From Bdellovibrionales bacterium (GTDB lineage Bacteria > Bdellovibrionota > Bdellovibrionia > Bdellovibrionales > UBA1609): DNA of 64,000 nucleotides. Of the stretch, positions 1 to 9,849 are shown piece by piece (the stretch's first letter is position 1; each line of letters begins with the position of its first letter). The stretch covers positions 395-64,394 of the forward strand of contig JBFWON010000003.1 of the NCBI GenBank assembly GCA_050250515.1, given 5' to 3'. The notes under the pieces were generated by a model, which did no database searches, was not told the origin of the DNA, and worked only from the letters and a program-made list of their open reading frames with translations. A program made the translations under genes and the position numbers.

Positions 1-250
1 GGAACAAGATCACCACGATGACGAAGAGGTTAGAGAAGAATTTCTCTAAGATGTAATTGAACGTAATCAGTTCAAACCAAATGGACAGCATATAGGCGAT
101 GGCAAGGATGCCAAGGCCTGAGAGAATCTGAACCGCACCGGATTTTTTGATAAGGAGCAAGACGCGATAAACAACAAGCCAAACCAGGAACAGATCGACC
201 AAATCCAATGGACGAAGCTGTGTGATCAGACCAATCCAGTTATACCACAT
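1..250 (-). CDS. cdaA: Diadenylate cyclase CdaA/DacA, N-terminal part (runs off the window edge)
   Basis: Not in the ORF track. Manual translation from ATG at 250 gives MWYNWIGLITQLRPLDLVDLFLVWLVVYRVLLLIKKSGAVQILSGLGILAIAYMLSIWFELITFNYILEKFFSNLFVIVVILF, the three-TM N-terminus typical of CdaA. It lies directly downstream of ftsH. Confidence 0.85.
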   Translation of the reverse strand, partial: MWYNWIGLITQLRPLDLVDLFLVWLVVYRVLLLIKKSGAVQILSGLGILAIAYMLSIWFELITFNYILEKFFSNLFVIVVILF

Positions 251-285
251 GCTGCTGATCATAAGTTCTGACCGTTTTTATTTCC

Positions 286-2262
286 TTAGGCGGTTACTGG
301 TCCTGTTTGACCCACGGGGTCCGTTCCCGAGGCCTTTTTGCGCACTTCCTTCTCGGCCTTCTCTTGCGAGTCGGCCACCTGCTTACGCTCGCGCTCCACT
401 TGTTCCTTCTTGCTCTCACGAAGCTTTTTTACTTCTTCGATGGTTCCGCCTTGAACCAGCAAATTCACCTCATCAGAATCAATGGTCTCATATTCCAAGA
501 GGGCGCTGGCCATATTATGCAGAGCCTGCATGTTGTCGGTGAGAATGCGAAGAGCCGTCGTATGCCCGTCTTTCACCAATCGAAAAACTTCCACGTCGAT
601 CTCTTGCGCTTTCGCTTCCGAATAATCTCGGCTTTGCGCGGACTGCATTCCTAGGAATACGGGGCCTTCTCGCTTTTCGTAAGCCAAGGGGCCAAGCTTA
701 TCGCTCATTCCCCATTCGCAGACCATACGACGGGCGAGTTCCGTCGCCCGTTCAATATCGTTGCCGGCTCCGGTAGTGAAATCCTTGAACACCAATTCTT
801 CCGCGGCTCGACCACCGAAGAGGAAGGAAATCATATTCGTTGCCTTGCTGCGAGAGAGATTCAACTGATCTTCTTCGGGCAAGGTTTGAGTCAAGCCCAA
901 CGCCATTCCGCGCGGGATGATTGTCACCTTATGAATGGGATCCAAACTTGGAAGTGAACGACCCACAATCGCATGGCCGGCCTCATGGTAGGCTGTGATG
1001 CGCTTGTCCTTTTCACTAATCACCATGGATTTTCGCTCAGAGCCCATAATGACTTTGTCTTTGGCCTTTTCAAAGTCTTCCATCTCAAGACGGGTCTTAT
1101 TATCACGGGCCGCCTGAAGAGCCGCTTCGTTCGTTAGGTTTTCCAAATCCGCACCAGAAAAGCCTGGTGTTCCGCGGGCGATCTTTTCCAGATCCACGTC
1201 CGAGGCCAACGGAGTTTTGCGCGTATGAACTTTCAATATCTCTTCGCGGCCTTTTAAGTCCGGCTTATTCACTACGACTCGACGGTCAAATCGACCGGGA
1301 CGCAAAAGAGCGGGATCCAAAACGTCGGGGCGATTGGTCGCCGCGATCAAAATCACACCATCATTGGATTCAAAACCGTCCATTTCGACAAGCAATTGAT
1401 TCAAAGTTTGCTCGCGCTCATCATGACCACCGCCCATTCCGGCTCCACGGTGGCGACCAACGGCATCGATTTCGTCAATAAAGATCAGACAAGGGGCGTT
1501 CTTCTTACCTTGTTCGAAGAGATCGCGCACGCGGCTCGCGCCCACGCCGACAAACATCTCGACAAAGTCGGATCCCGAAATCGTGAAAAACGGAACATTG
1601 GCCTCACCGGCTACGGCCCGAGCCAACAAAGTTTTACCTGTACCCGGGTGACCCACCAGTAAAACGCCCTTTGGAATACGTCCGCCGAGCTTAGTGAACT
1701 TTTTAGGATCTTTTAAGAAATCCACGATCTCCCGAAGTTCCTGCTTCGCTTCTTCAACACCCGCCACATCTTTGAATGTGACTCGGTTCTTGTTTTCTGT
1801 CAGAAGACGGGCGCGACTCTTACCAAAGGCCATGGCTTTGCCACCACCGACTTGTATTTGTCGCATAAAGAACATGAACATCGCGACGATGATAATTAAA
1901 GGCAGCCAGTTCAGAAGCACACTGGCCATAAAGGAATTATCCGAACTCACGTAGTTCGGCGTGATCCCTTTGTCGCGCAGAAGCTGAAAGCCGAGGTCAT
2001 CCGTGTTTCCGCGAACTTTAAAGTGTTTACCACCGTAAATTTTCTGGCCGCCCTCATTAAGTTGGCCTTCGATTTCTTTCGTTGTGGTGTCGAAAACAAC
2101 GGATTCCTTCGAAATATGGTCATTTTCGATCGCCTGAAGAAATTTAGAATAAGTGAAATCTCGGACGATCTGGTTGGCTTGGCGCTCATACATCTGGAAG
2201 AACAAAATCGCCAACACAATCAGAAGTGCCCAGAGGGTCATTGTCTTAGAAGGAGATCGCAT
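286..2262 (-). CDS. ftsH: ATP-dependent zinc metalloprotease FtsH
   Basis: Two N-terminal TM segments, Walker A GHPGTGKT, Walker B IIFIDEID-type motif (LIFIDEID), SRH region [15 protein letters not shown] zinc motif. Confidence 0.99.
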   Translation of the reverse strand: MRSPSKTMTLWALLIVLAILFFQMYERQANQIVRDFTYSKFLQAIENDHISKESVVFDTTTKEIEGQLNEGGQKIYGGKHFKVRGNTDDLGFQLLRDKGITPNYVSSDNSFMASVLLNWLPLIIIVAMFMFFMRQIQVGGGKAMAFGKSRARLLTENKNRVTFKDVAGVEEAKQELREIVDFLKDPKKFTKLGGRIPKGVLLVGHPGTGKTLLARAVAGEANVPFFTISGSDFVEMFVGVGASRVRDLFEQGKKNAPCLIFIDEIDAVGRHRGAGMGGGHDEREQTLNQLLVEMDGFESNDGVILIAATNRPDVLDPALLRPGRFDRRVVVNKPDLKGREEILKVHTRKTPLASDVDLEKIARGTPGFSGADLENLTNEAALQAARDNKTRLEMEDFEKAKDKVIMGSERKSMVISEKDKRITAYHEAGHAIVGRSLPSLDPIHKVTIIPRGMALGLTQTLPEEDQLNLSRSKATNMISFLFGGRAAEELVFKDFTTGAGNDIERATELARRMVCEWGMSDKLGPLAYEKREGPVFLGMQSAQSRDYSEAKAQEIDVEVFRLVKDGHTTALRILTDNMQALHNMASALLEYETIDSDEVNLLVQGGTIEEVKKLRESKKEQVERERKQVADSQEKAEKEVRKKASGTDPVGQTGPVTA

Positions 2263-2326
2263 TCACTGCCTTTCTGAAGGGCCTATGCCCAGTGTCTTTC
2301 AACATTATCACGAGGACTCTTTCGAC

Positions 2327-3271
2327 TCAAACTCGACTCGCCCAAATAAAGTCTTCGTTCGCTTGAATTGACAGACCCAAAACCTGAAACTCGACCGCTT
2401 TTTGTCGAGTCTCGAGACGCTTCAGAATCTCTTGCACGTGAGAGCGAGTATAACCGCTTAGACCAAGCGCGCGTAGAAATCGAGCGACGATTCTTTGACG
2501 AGAGAGAGTGTCATTCTGCATGAGCTCAGTGCGTCGCAAACTCAGGCACGGTCCCATTTCGAGAGGAGAATGCTCGTCGGCCATTACAGCCAGAGAACGA
2601 GCTAGTGCCTTGCTGGCACCTGGGCTTCTATTCTCAAGCTCTGGCAACCAATTCAGTCGAACCCAGTTGCGCAGGGCCATCTCCTCTCGAGAATTGCTCG
2701 GATCGTGAACCCATTTTAATCTTCGACTCTCGGCATACTCCACAATCTCTCTCTTCGAAATCTCCAGAAAAGGCCGAATCACGTGCCCGGCTTGATAGCG
2801 CATCGCCATCAGGCCCTGTCGCCCAGTTCCACGTAGGAGTCGAAGAACTCGAGTCTCAAGAAGATCATCTTGATGATGGGCCGTGAGTAGGCGATCGGCT
2901 TGAACCTGTTGAGACATCATCCAGCCTTTGAAGGCCTTTTGCCGTTCCTGTCGAAACTCGTCTTCCGAGTGAAGCGGAGTCGAAACTTCGGCAAAGAGAA
3001 ATGGGACCCGATGTTGGGCGCACCACTGCTCCACCCACTTTCGACTCTTCGAGCGAAAACGCTCCACTCGAGTCGAGGTCGATGGACCGTGATGGACATG
3101 GCCGACCACGAGTCTCACTTTGAGATGTCGTTGCCAGCGCCATAGGATCTCGACCATAGCCATGGAATCCACCCCACCGGACACAGCCAAAAGCCAGGTC
3201 TCACTAGAAAAACCTAGTGATTTAAGCTGTTTAACTACTTTGTGTTCCAAGCTGAGTGGGTTGGCCATCAT
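2327..3271 (-). CDS. tilS: tRNA(Ile)-lysidine synthetase (short form)
   Basis: PP-loop AVSGGVDS, TAHHQDD, LLRGTG, DPSN and RNWVR motifs; upstream of ftsH. Confidence 0.95.
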   Translation of the reverse strand: MMANPLSLEHKVVKQLKSLGFSSETWLLAVSGGVDSMAMVEILWRWQRHLKVRLVVGHVHHGPSTSTRVERFRSKSRKWVEQWCAQHRVPFLFAEVSTPLHSEDEFRQERQKAFKGWMMSQQVQADRLLTAHHQDDLLETRVLRLLRGTGRQGLMAMRYQAGHVIRPFLEISKREIVEYAESRRLKWVHDPSNSREEMALRNWVRLNWLPELENRSPGASKALARSLAVMADEHSPLEMGPCLSLRRTELMQNDTLSRQRIVARFLRALGLSGYTRSHVQEILKRLETRQKAVEFQVLGLSIQANEDFIWASRV

Positions 3272-3412
3272 ATTGATGTCTAATACAGGTGCGTTGCCAG
3301 GTAATTTGGCACTGCGTTATGGCTGTCAAAAACATGACACTTTCAGTCTCATTTCGGTCCCCATGGCCGGACTTAAGTATGTGAAATGACTTATGTCCTC
3401 TCAAGTTAGGAC

Positions 3413-3428
3413 TGGCCCTTCTTTTGCT
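3413..3428 (+). promoter_or_regulatory. Putative sigma54 (-24/-12) promoter
   Basis: TGGCCCTTCTTTTGCT gives GG-N10-GC with TTGC, lying just upstream of the AAGGAGG RBS of the 3453 gene. Confidence 0.55.
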
Positions 3429-3452
3429 ACTTAGAGACCCTAAGGAGGCCAA

Positions 3453-4139
3453 GTGCAAGGAATGAGTCTTAAGTTAGCCAAAATTTTCATCATGATCACC
3501 ATCTTTATGGCAGGGCCAGTCTTTGCTCAAACCGAGCGCGAAGTGAAGTCGGACACGCTTAAATATCTGCAAGATCTTCGCGCTCAGAATGTTCGCCGCC
3601 TCCAGGAAATCGACAAGACTCTCAGTGAGAAAATCGAAGACCCGAAACCGGCCCAACTCGACGCTGAGGTGACCGTTTTGCGATCGGCTAAGAACGAACA
3701 TTTGCTCCGCCAGGAGTTTTTGAATCGCATGATTTTCCAAGTCGACACCAAATTTGGTGGCGGTGACTTAAAGGGTTTCTTTGAGCGCGCCTTAACCGAT
3801 ATGGCCAAAGTCGATGCTCTCTCTACCGCCAAAGACACCGGACTGTGGAAGTTCTTAAAGTACGCAGCCGACGCTATGCGCACTCTGCCTGAGCAAAAAG
3901 AGAACATCCTTTCGTTTTTGGAAGGATACATGAATCGATCCATCACCAATCCGATTCGCCCCGAGGACTTTCTCTCGACGCGAAACTACACCAACGGTAC
4001 CAAGAGCGAAGCTGCCCAGCCGATCAGTCGCGAAGAAGTCGGCGCCATTGCCGATCGACGCTTGCGCGAGCAAACACCTGAGGGCTATGAGTCCGGCGTC
4101 ACACCGAACCCCGCGGTTCCTGTCGACACACAAAACTAA
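3453..4139 (+). CDS. Secreted hypothetical protein (helical)
   Basis: 228-aa ORF, AAGGAGG RBS, Sec signal peptide ending PVFA. Confidence 0.8.
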   Translation: MQGMSLKLAKIFIMITIFMAGPVFAQTEREVKSDTLKYLQDLRAQNVRRLQEIDKTLSEKIEDPKPAQLDAEVTVLRSAKNEHLLRQEFLNRMIFQVDTKFGGGDLKGFFERALTDMAKVDALSTAKDTGLWKFLKYAADAMRTLPEQKENILSFLEGYMNRSITNPIRPEDFLSTRNYTNGTKSEAAQPISREEVGAIADRRLREQTPEGYESGVTPNPAVPVDTQN

Positions 4140-4531
4140 TCTTTGATTTTGACTTCGGTCTGCAATGCCAGAGTCGGCTCGGATTCAGATCGATCCGACT
4201 TTTTGACCACTTCGATTTCGGCCTGAATGCGAAACTTGTGCTCCTCCACGAAACGGGAGGCTTCCTTCACAAAATCGATTTTCGACAGCAGCTTTATGGT
4301 CTCATTGCCGACGCGGTTTAAGAGGTCTTCCTTCGAGCGATTGGCACTCTGAAGAATGGAGGTCAGCACCTCTTTCGGAAGATTCAGACCGCTGAGAGCA
4401 CTGCGCACAGATTCTTCGGTCATAAAGGCCGCACCGAGTCCGACGCTCATCACTTTACGTAAGACCTCACCCCATTTGGGTAAATTGTCTTCCAGCTCGT
4501 CCCGATCGGCTTTGGAGGATTTCTTATCCAT
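4136..4531 (-). CDS. Hypothetical protein (phasin-like N-terminus)
   Basis: 131-aa ORF overlapping the upstream gene. The segment LRKVMSVGLGAAFMTEE resembles phasin-family helices. Confidence 0.65.
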   Translation of the reverse strand: MDKKSSKADRDELEDNLPKWGEVLRKVMSVGLGAAFMTEESVRSALSGLNLPKEVLTSILQSANRSKEDLLNRVGNETIKLLSKIDFVKEASRFVEEHKFRIQAEIEVVKKSDRSESEPTLALQTEVKIKD

Positions 4532-4952
4532 ATTTGGCCTTAATTCTGTCGTGATAAGCCTTCATCATGTTGGGCAGGTTCACATTAACAAGGGCTTTCG
4601 CCACCGGGCCTGGAACGAACACTTTGAAGGTCGCATCCACTGAGTATTTCGCTTGGGTCTGGCCACCCAAATCGGCCAACTCCCAAGAGCCCACCGAAGA
4701 TTTAAAAATGTCGCCCGAATCGAGCACCCAGGAGATCTTGCGACCGGGCTCCTCCTTGATTCTGAGTCGATAGGTAAATGTCTTGATCACAGAAACTTGA
4801 AATTCCACTAATTTCTGATTGCCCGTTTTTTCAACAACGCGACAGGTTTTCACCTCGCTCAAAAATTCGGGATATTTCTCATAATCCGAGACGATGGAGT
4901 AAAACTGCTCAGTCGAGCACGGAAATACTTCGGTAGTAGATGCGGCAGCCAT
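4524..4952 (-). CDS. SRPBCC/START-fold protein (RatA/Coq10-like)
   Basis: YSIVSDYEKYPEFL signature, 142 aa, C-terminal helix. Confidence 0.85.
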   Translation of the reverse strand: MAAASTTEVFPCSTEQFYSIVSDYEKYPEFLSEVKTCRVVEKTGNQKLVEFQVSVIKTFTYRLRIKEEPGRKISWVLDSGDIFKSSVGSWELADLGGQTQAKYSVDATFKVFVPGPVAKALVNVNLPNMMKAYHDRIKAKYG

Positions 4953-4975
4953 AGAGGTCGAGCTTAGCCGCTCTC

Positions 4976-5410
4976 TTACTTCTTGGTCAACGTACAGGCT
5001 CGTAAGGATTCCATAATTCGATCCATTTCGACCGCCAGCAAAGAAGAATTATCCGAAATCATGCTGTTCACCATGCCGATCTGCCCCGCTCCATTAGAGA
5101 GCGGATCGAAAAGGCCCACGGGAAGCGGTTCTGCCGTGCCCTCATAGGGCTGCAACACTGAATACCATTCCTGCATGCGATTTTCGACCTCGGTGAAGAA
5201 CGTCCCGACGCTCGCTTCGTGTTCGCGCTCCATCGAATTGTACTGTTGCAACGCGGCTGGGATCTGATCACAGTCAAGGAGCGGGGCCGAAGTATCGATC
5301 GGCAACGAATTGATACGCCCCTCTTGGATCGTCCCAAGTTCCAAGGCCTGAGTGTTGGGGTTCAGCGCCCCAATGGCCATCAGTGCGAGAAAACCAAATG
5401 TAAATCTCAT
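4976..5410 (-). CDS. Secreted hypothetical protein
   Basis: Start refined to ATG 5410 (GAGGGGAG RBS). Signal peptide MRFTFGFLALMAIGA. The track ORF starts at 5431. Confidence 0.7.
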   Translation of the reverse strand: MRFTFGFLALMAIGALNPNTQALELGTIQEGRINSLPIDTSAPLLDCDQIPAALQQYNSMEREHEASVGTFFTEVENRMQEWYSVLQPYEGTAEPLPVGLFDPLSNGAGQIGMVNSMISDNSSLLAVEMDRIMESLRACTLTKK

Positions 5411-5553
5411 CTTGATACTCCCCTCGGGCAAAGACTACTTGTGACCTCAAAAGAAAGTCAAAAGCCCGCTAGTAATGCAGTGACTCAAATCGGATCACAA
5501 CCATTCCAAAAATGTCACTCCGTTCGCACCTTGAACCCAGGTAGGCTTAAAGT

Positions 5554-5856
5554 ATGAAGACCTTTCTTTACATCTTTTGCGTTAGCCTCCTCCTGGTGAA
5601 TTGTGCGCCCGCTCACAAAGCGAGTTCGCAAGCGGAGGCCTCTTCGACCAGCCTTGTCGGCGACGCCGTGGCTGGGGCCACTAAGTACGAGCAAAACTGC
5701 TCTCTCTGTCATGGGGCTTTAGCGAGTTCCACACGGAGAGGAGTCACGGCCGTGCAAACTCACACAGCCATGTCCAACGAGCCGCAAATGATGTTTCTCA
5801 AGGACTATCTGACCGAGCAAGACATCGCCGACATCGTGGCCGCGCTGGCTTTTTGA
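5554..5856 (+). CDS. Monoheme c-type cytochrome (probable lipoprotein)
   Basis: CSLCH heme-binding motif, distal Met (PQMM), lipobox-like LLVNC. Confidence 0.85.
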   Translation: MKTFLYIFCVSLLLVNCAPAHKASSQAEASSTSLVGDAVAGATKYEQNCSLCHGALASSTRRGVTAVQTHTAMSNEPQMMFLKDYLTEQDIADIVAALAF

Positions 5857-5875
5857 GATAGAAATCGTTACTCAA

Positions 5876-7186
5876 TTGTCCCATAATTTTGGTGTGAAGA
5901 ACTCCATCAAAATATTCTTTGTGAGCCTAATTTCATGTCTTTTTATTCCCCAGGCTTGGTCCCAAGGCCGACCGGTGGAATCGGTTCCCAATCCGCGACC
6001 GCAAAACCGATGGATCGTCGACGAGCCCAAAATTTTGACGGACCTCCAGCGAGCCGATTTAGAAAGCCGGCTCAATCGCTTGGAGGGCGTTTCTTCCGTC
6101 GAATTCAGTGTCGTGATTTTAGGTACGATTGACCAGGCGTCACCTAAGGATTTTGCCGTGCGACTCTTTAATCATTGGGGGGTTGGCAAAAAGCCAAAGG
6201 ACAACGGCCTCTTGCTGTTGGTGGTGATGGACCAACGGAGAATGGAATTTGAAACAGGGTATGGCCTAGAGGGTGTACTACCGGATGCGCGACTGAGTCA
6301 GGTTCTTCACCAACATATTGTCCCGCAATTCAAGGCCGGGCATCCCGGAGCTGGGATTCAAAATGGGGTAAATGCCATTGTTCAGATCTTGGAGAAACCC
6401 AAAGTTTTGGACGAGGTCACGGTCTCGACATCGGACTCATCAAGGCTGGGGCGGCTCTTCGAGTGGGGCGGAGCCCTGCCTTTTATGGCCGCCGGACCTG
6501 TGCTGGTCCTTGGGGTTTTATTCCGGATGCTCTGGCTGCTGCTGGCTCGCCGAGACCCCTACTGGGCCTACAACCGCCTATCACCCTACTTCGTGTTTCT
6601 GGCGGGACTGGGGATACTTCTTTCCACGCTGCCCGCGATGTTTCTGGTTCAATTGCCTGTCTATATTGTTTTAGGCCTCGCTTTTTTTCTGATTGGATTG
6701 TTGGCTTGGGGCCTTCATCAGGCTCGGTATTTTCTGCGGTATCGGCAACGGCATTGCTCGGACTGCGACCTTCCGATGTTCTTACTGAGCGAAGAGCGAG
6801 AGGATGAGCAGCTCAATAAAAAGCAGATCTTTGAAGAAAACATTCAATCCCGTGACTACGATGTTTGGGTCTGCAAGTCCTGTAAGACCCCACGGATAGA
6901 TGCCTACGATGGCAAAATGGCGTCGCGATTTTCCGATTGTATGAAGTGCGGAACAAAGGCGAACAAATTGATTTCCGACGTGACCGTGGTCCCGGCGACC
7001 ACATTGTCTTCCGGCTCAGGCAAAATCACGCGAGAGTGCTTGGCCTGTCGCCATCGCATGGTTAAGACCTATGTGATTCCGCAAATTTCCACAAGTTCCG
7101 ACTCGTCGTCGGGCTCGAGCGATTCGGGTGGCTCTTCATTCGGGGGCGGAAGCTCCGGCGGCGGCGGGGCCGGCGCCAGTTGGTAA
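5876..7186 (+). CDS. TPM-domain membrane protein with four CxxC motifs and Gly/Ser-rich tail
   Basis: LFNHWGVGKK-DNGLLL and ETGYGLEGVLPD TPM motifs; TM segments; CSDC/CKSC/CMKC/CLAC; FGGGSSGGGGAGASW tail. Confidence 0.92.
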   Translation: MSHNFGVKNSIKIFFVSLISCLFIPQAWSQGRPVESVPNPRPQNRWIVDEPKILTDLQRADLESRLNRLEGVSSVEFSVVILGTIDQASPKDFAVRLFNHWGVGKKPKDNGLLLLVVMDQRRMEFETGYGLEGVLPDARLSQVLHQHIVPQFKAGHPGAGIQNGVNAIVQILEKPKVLDEVTVSTSDSSRLGRLFEWGGALPFMAAGPVLVLGVLFRMLWLLLARRDPYWAYNRLSPYFVFLAGLGILLSTLPAMFLVQLPVYIVLGLAFFLIGLLAWGLHQARYFLRYRQRHCSDCDLPMFLLSEEREDEQLNKKQIFEENIQSRDYDVWVCKSCKTPRIDAYDGKMASRFSDCMKCGTKANKLISDVTVVPATTLSSGSGKITRECLACRHRMVKTYVIPQISTSSDSSSGSSDSGGSSFGGGSSGGGGAGASW

Positions 7187-7305
7187 TCCTAAATTGTAAA
7201 TAGAAAACATATCAAAATCGGTGACAAATCTTGGCTCTCTCGCCGTATCTGGTCACTTGGATTTGCCCCTAAGCCTGCGAAATCGCAGCTGAGCACCTTA
7301 AGTCG

Positions 7306-7321
7306 CGGTCACTGGATTGCA
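7306..7321 (+). promoter_or_regulatory. Putative sigma54 promoter
   Basis: CGGTCACTGGATTGCA gives GG-N10-GC with TTGCA, about 50 bp upstream of the 7374 gene. Confidence 0.4.
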
Positions 7322-7373
7322 TATTTCGGCGCCGAGGGGTCCGTCCCCTTTAAGCAATGGAAGGGTTTGAGGT

Positions 7374-9749
7374 ATGTCACGTTTGTTGGTAGTCGCATTG
7401 TCGACTCTTGCCGTAACCGCAGTTGGTTGTCAGAAGACCAAGTTGAAAGGTCAGCCCGCGCCGGCCCCAAGTGCCGCGGCGGCTCCTACACCGACTTATA
7501 ATTATGATGAGTCCAATGGACGCATCGGTCAGCCGGGCTATCCCCCACCACCGCCGGTGAATCAACCACCGCCAGTGCAGGGTCCCCCGGTTGTAGTAGG
7601 TCAGGCGCCACCGCCGCCACTTCCTCCGCCGCCGCCCCCACCACCACCGACTTACAATCCTCCGCCACCTGTTCAGACTTATCCGCCACCGGTGCAGTCG
7701 GAGCCGCCGTATACACCACCGCCGCTACCACCGACGCAGCAACTCCCTCCCGGGGAGCCGCCGTATACACCACCGCCACTGCCACCGACGCAGCAACTCC
7801 CTCCCGGGGAGCCGCCGTATACACCGCCGCCACTGCCACCGACGCAGCAACTCCCTCCCGGGGAGCCGCCGTATACACCGCCGCCCGTTGAGCAGCCGCC
7901 AGTTAAACAACCGCCTGCGGTGCCGCCTCCTGGACAACCTCCAGCGGTCGACATTCCTCCACAGCCTGTGACACCTCCTCCGGTTCACACGGAGCCACCG
8001 CTGCCCGTGCCCAATCCGAAGCGTCCCGCGCAGCCGCCCGTCGTGGACACGACGCCTGAGGTTCCTCCACCGCTTCCGATCCCGAATCCGAAGCGTCCGC
8101 CTGTGGTCGACAATCCGCCGATCGCCAAGCCTAAGCCTTGCGTGGATTGCGGAACGCAAATCGATAAGCCTGAGCCTCCAAAGATAGAAGAAGATTGTCG
8201 CGTGATGAAAACCTGTGAGCCCCCTCAGCCTGTAAAAGGCCAGTGTGTGGACACATTGAAAGTGAAGAAAGAGCGCAAAGAGCTCGACATTCTCTTTGTC
8301 GTCGACACTTCGGCCTCACTCCGCCGCGGCGGAACAGGAAGCATCGAAGACGGTGAGTTGGTGAAGATCGCCGAGAATATGGTCTACTTTGTACGCAAAT
8401 TGGATCCGCAAACGGATTACCAGATTGCCTTCCTGCTCGGCCATGGAATCAACAGCAGCCGCTACCACGGTCGACTCTTCACCTCGGGTGAAGATGACCC
8501 GGCCATTATTCGATACAAAGACCTTGCTCGTGGTGGTCGCTCGCAAGCCGCTATTGAGAAGCGCTTAACCGCTATGCTTCGCAAGAAGATGCTGCGCGTA
8601 CCGAACGAGAGTGGTGGCGCCCAGGGTGAAGCCCTCCTCCACAGTCTTTACAGTGCCACGGCTCGCCTGGGCACTCTTAAGAAGTTCGTTCGCGAGGACG
8701 CCGCTTTGTCTGTTATCTTTGTGACCGACGAACAAGACGTCTGCTTTGACTACGATTCGAAGGTCGATGAATTCGGTCAGCCCGCCTATAAGCCGACATT
8801 GAAAACCAAGGTCGGAAAGGGCGGTGCGAAAGAGATGATCGTCGATCCGTATGAAACGGCTTACTTCAATCAATATTGTAAGCATGCGGTTCATAAGACC
8901 AAGTCGGATCAAGGTCGGCCCTTGACTGAAGGAATCGTTGCCGATGCCCTAGAGCGTTTGAAGAACTCTGATTCTTCAAAAGGATCGGATCGCAGTAAGG
9001 TGATCTTGAATGGAATCATCTACACCCAAGATGTTCCCGAGGATCTCCGCGGCCGCGTTGAAGACGAGAACGAATGGGGCCACGGTATTTGGGAATTGAT
9101 CCTAAACACCGGCGGTAAGATGGCTGATTTGACTGATATTGTACGCAATCAAGCTCAGTTTAAAGACAAGCTCGAAGAGCTCGGTCAGTACAATGACTTC
9201 CGCTTGCGCTATAAGCATGTGTTCAATTGTAACCTCAGCAAGGATTTCCATCCGGAATCCATCAACTTCACGTCGATGACGATGAAGGTGATCAGTGGCT
9301 CAGGTGAACACCTCGGGACCTTTGCGGCCCAGTGTTCGTCACGCGCCAATTGCCCAGCGGAGTTCAATGGACCTCTGCAAGTGTACGACAAAGCCGCCAC
9401 ACACGGCGGAATCGTCGAGTACAAAGAGGTTCGTGTAGCAGAAGACTTGATGACCAAAATGGTTGAAGACTATCGCAAGAAGACTGGAAAAGACGTTGAA
9501 GGCGGTCAGGTTGTGATTGAGTTTATGACTCGCTCGGATCGCAACCCGCGAACCGGTGCCGCTTGGAGAAAAGAAGATATGGTTCCGGTGCAAACCAAGC
9601 CATCTCCACTTCTTGGACCAGACACGGATATGCCTCCGGCGAGTATCGCCCAACCGCCCGCAGCTGGGCCGAGCGCCGCCCCTAAGGCCGGCGCTCCGCC
9701 CGCCGATCAGCCGTCGACTCCAGATATGAATGCCTGGGATTATCTGTAA
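7374..9749 (+). CDS. Proline-rich lipoprotein with VWA (MIDAS) domain, putative adhesin
   Basis: Lipobox AVGC; ~230-aa Pro-rich stalk; LDILFVVDTSAS (DxSxS) and VIFVTDEQD MIDAS motifs. Confidence 0.85.
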   Translation: MSRLLVVALSTLAVTAVGCQKTKLKGQPAPAPSAAAAPTPTYNYDESNGRIGQPGYPPPPPVNQPPPVQGPPVVVGQAPPPPLPPPPPPPPPTYNPPPPVQTYPPPVQSEPPYTPPPLPPTQQLPPGEPPYTPPPLPPTQQLPPGEPPYTPPPLPPTQQLPPGEPPYTPPPVEQPPVKQPPAVPPPGQPPAVDIPPQPVTPPPVHTEPPLPVPNPKRPAQPPVVDTTPEVPPPLPIPNPKRPPVVDNPPIAKPKPCVDCGTQIDKPEPPKIEEDCRVMKTCEPPQPVKGQCVDTLKVKKERKELDILFVVDTSASLRRGGTGSIEDGELVKIAENMVYFVRKLDPQTDYQIAFLLGHGINSSRYHGRLFTSGEDDPAIIRYKDLARGGRSQAAIEKRLTAMLRKKMLRVPNESGGAQGEALLHSLYSATARLGTLKKFVREDAALSVIFVTDEQDVCFDYDSKVDEFGQPAYKPTLKTKVGKGGAKEMIVDPYETAYFNQYCKHAVHKTKSDQGRPLTEGIVADALERLKNSDSSKGSDRSKVILNGIIYTQDVPEDLRGRVEDENEWGHGIWELILNTGGKMADLTDIVRNQAQFKDKLEELGQYNDFRLRYKHVFNCNLSKDFHPESINFTSMTMKVISGSGEHLGTFAAQCSSRANCPAEFNGPLQVYDKAATHGGIVEYKEVRVAEDLMTKMVEDYRKKTGKDVEGGQVVIEFMTRSDRNPRTGAAWRKEDMVPVQTKPSPLLGPDTDMPPASIAQPPAAGPSAAPKAGAPPADQPSTPDMNAWDYL
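7701..7886 (+). repeat. Intragenic 54-bp tandem repeat, about 3.4 copies (EPPYTPPPLPPTQQLPPG)
   Basis: Units start at 7701, 7755, 7809 and 7863 (partial) and are near-identical at DNA level. Confidence 0.95.
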
Positions 9750-9762
9750 TGGTGCCTGCTAA

Positions 9763-9808
9763 CTTTCCTCCGACCGCCGCGTTAGACGCGGCGGAGGATG
9801 AAGGAAAG
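9763..9808. terminator. GC-rich hairpin between convergent genes (possible bidirectional terminator)
   Basis: CCGCCGCGT-TAG-ACGCGGCGG stem (9774-9794) with outer CTTTCCT/AGGAAAG pairing. No clear U-tract. Confidence 0.4.
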
Positions 9809-9849
9809 GTTATGACACGCCGACGGCCCAAAAAGTAGTCCGAACCTTT

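Noticed and set aside
1..3271. tilS-ftsH-cdaA without hpt or folP
   Set aside because: This is an ordinary variant of a conserved gene neighbourhood; the missing genes may lie elsewhere in the genome.
7377..8319. Several repetitive minus-strand ORFs (Gly/Cys-rich, Ala/Val-rich, Arg-rich)
   Set aside because: They are antisense readings of the Pro-rich repeat region of 7374..9749.
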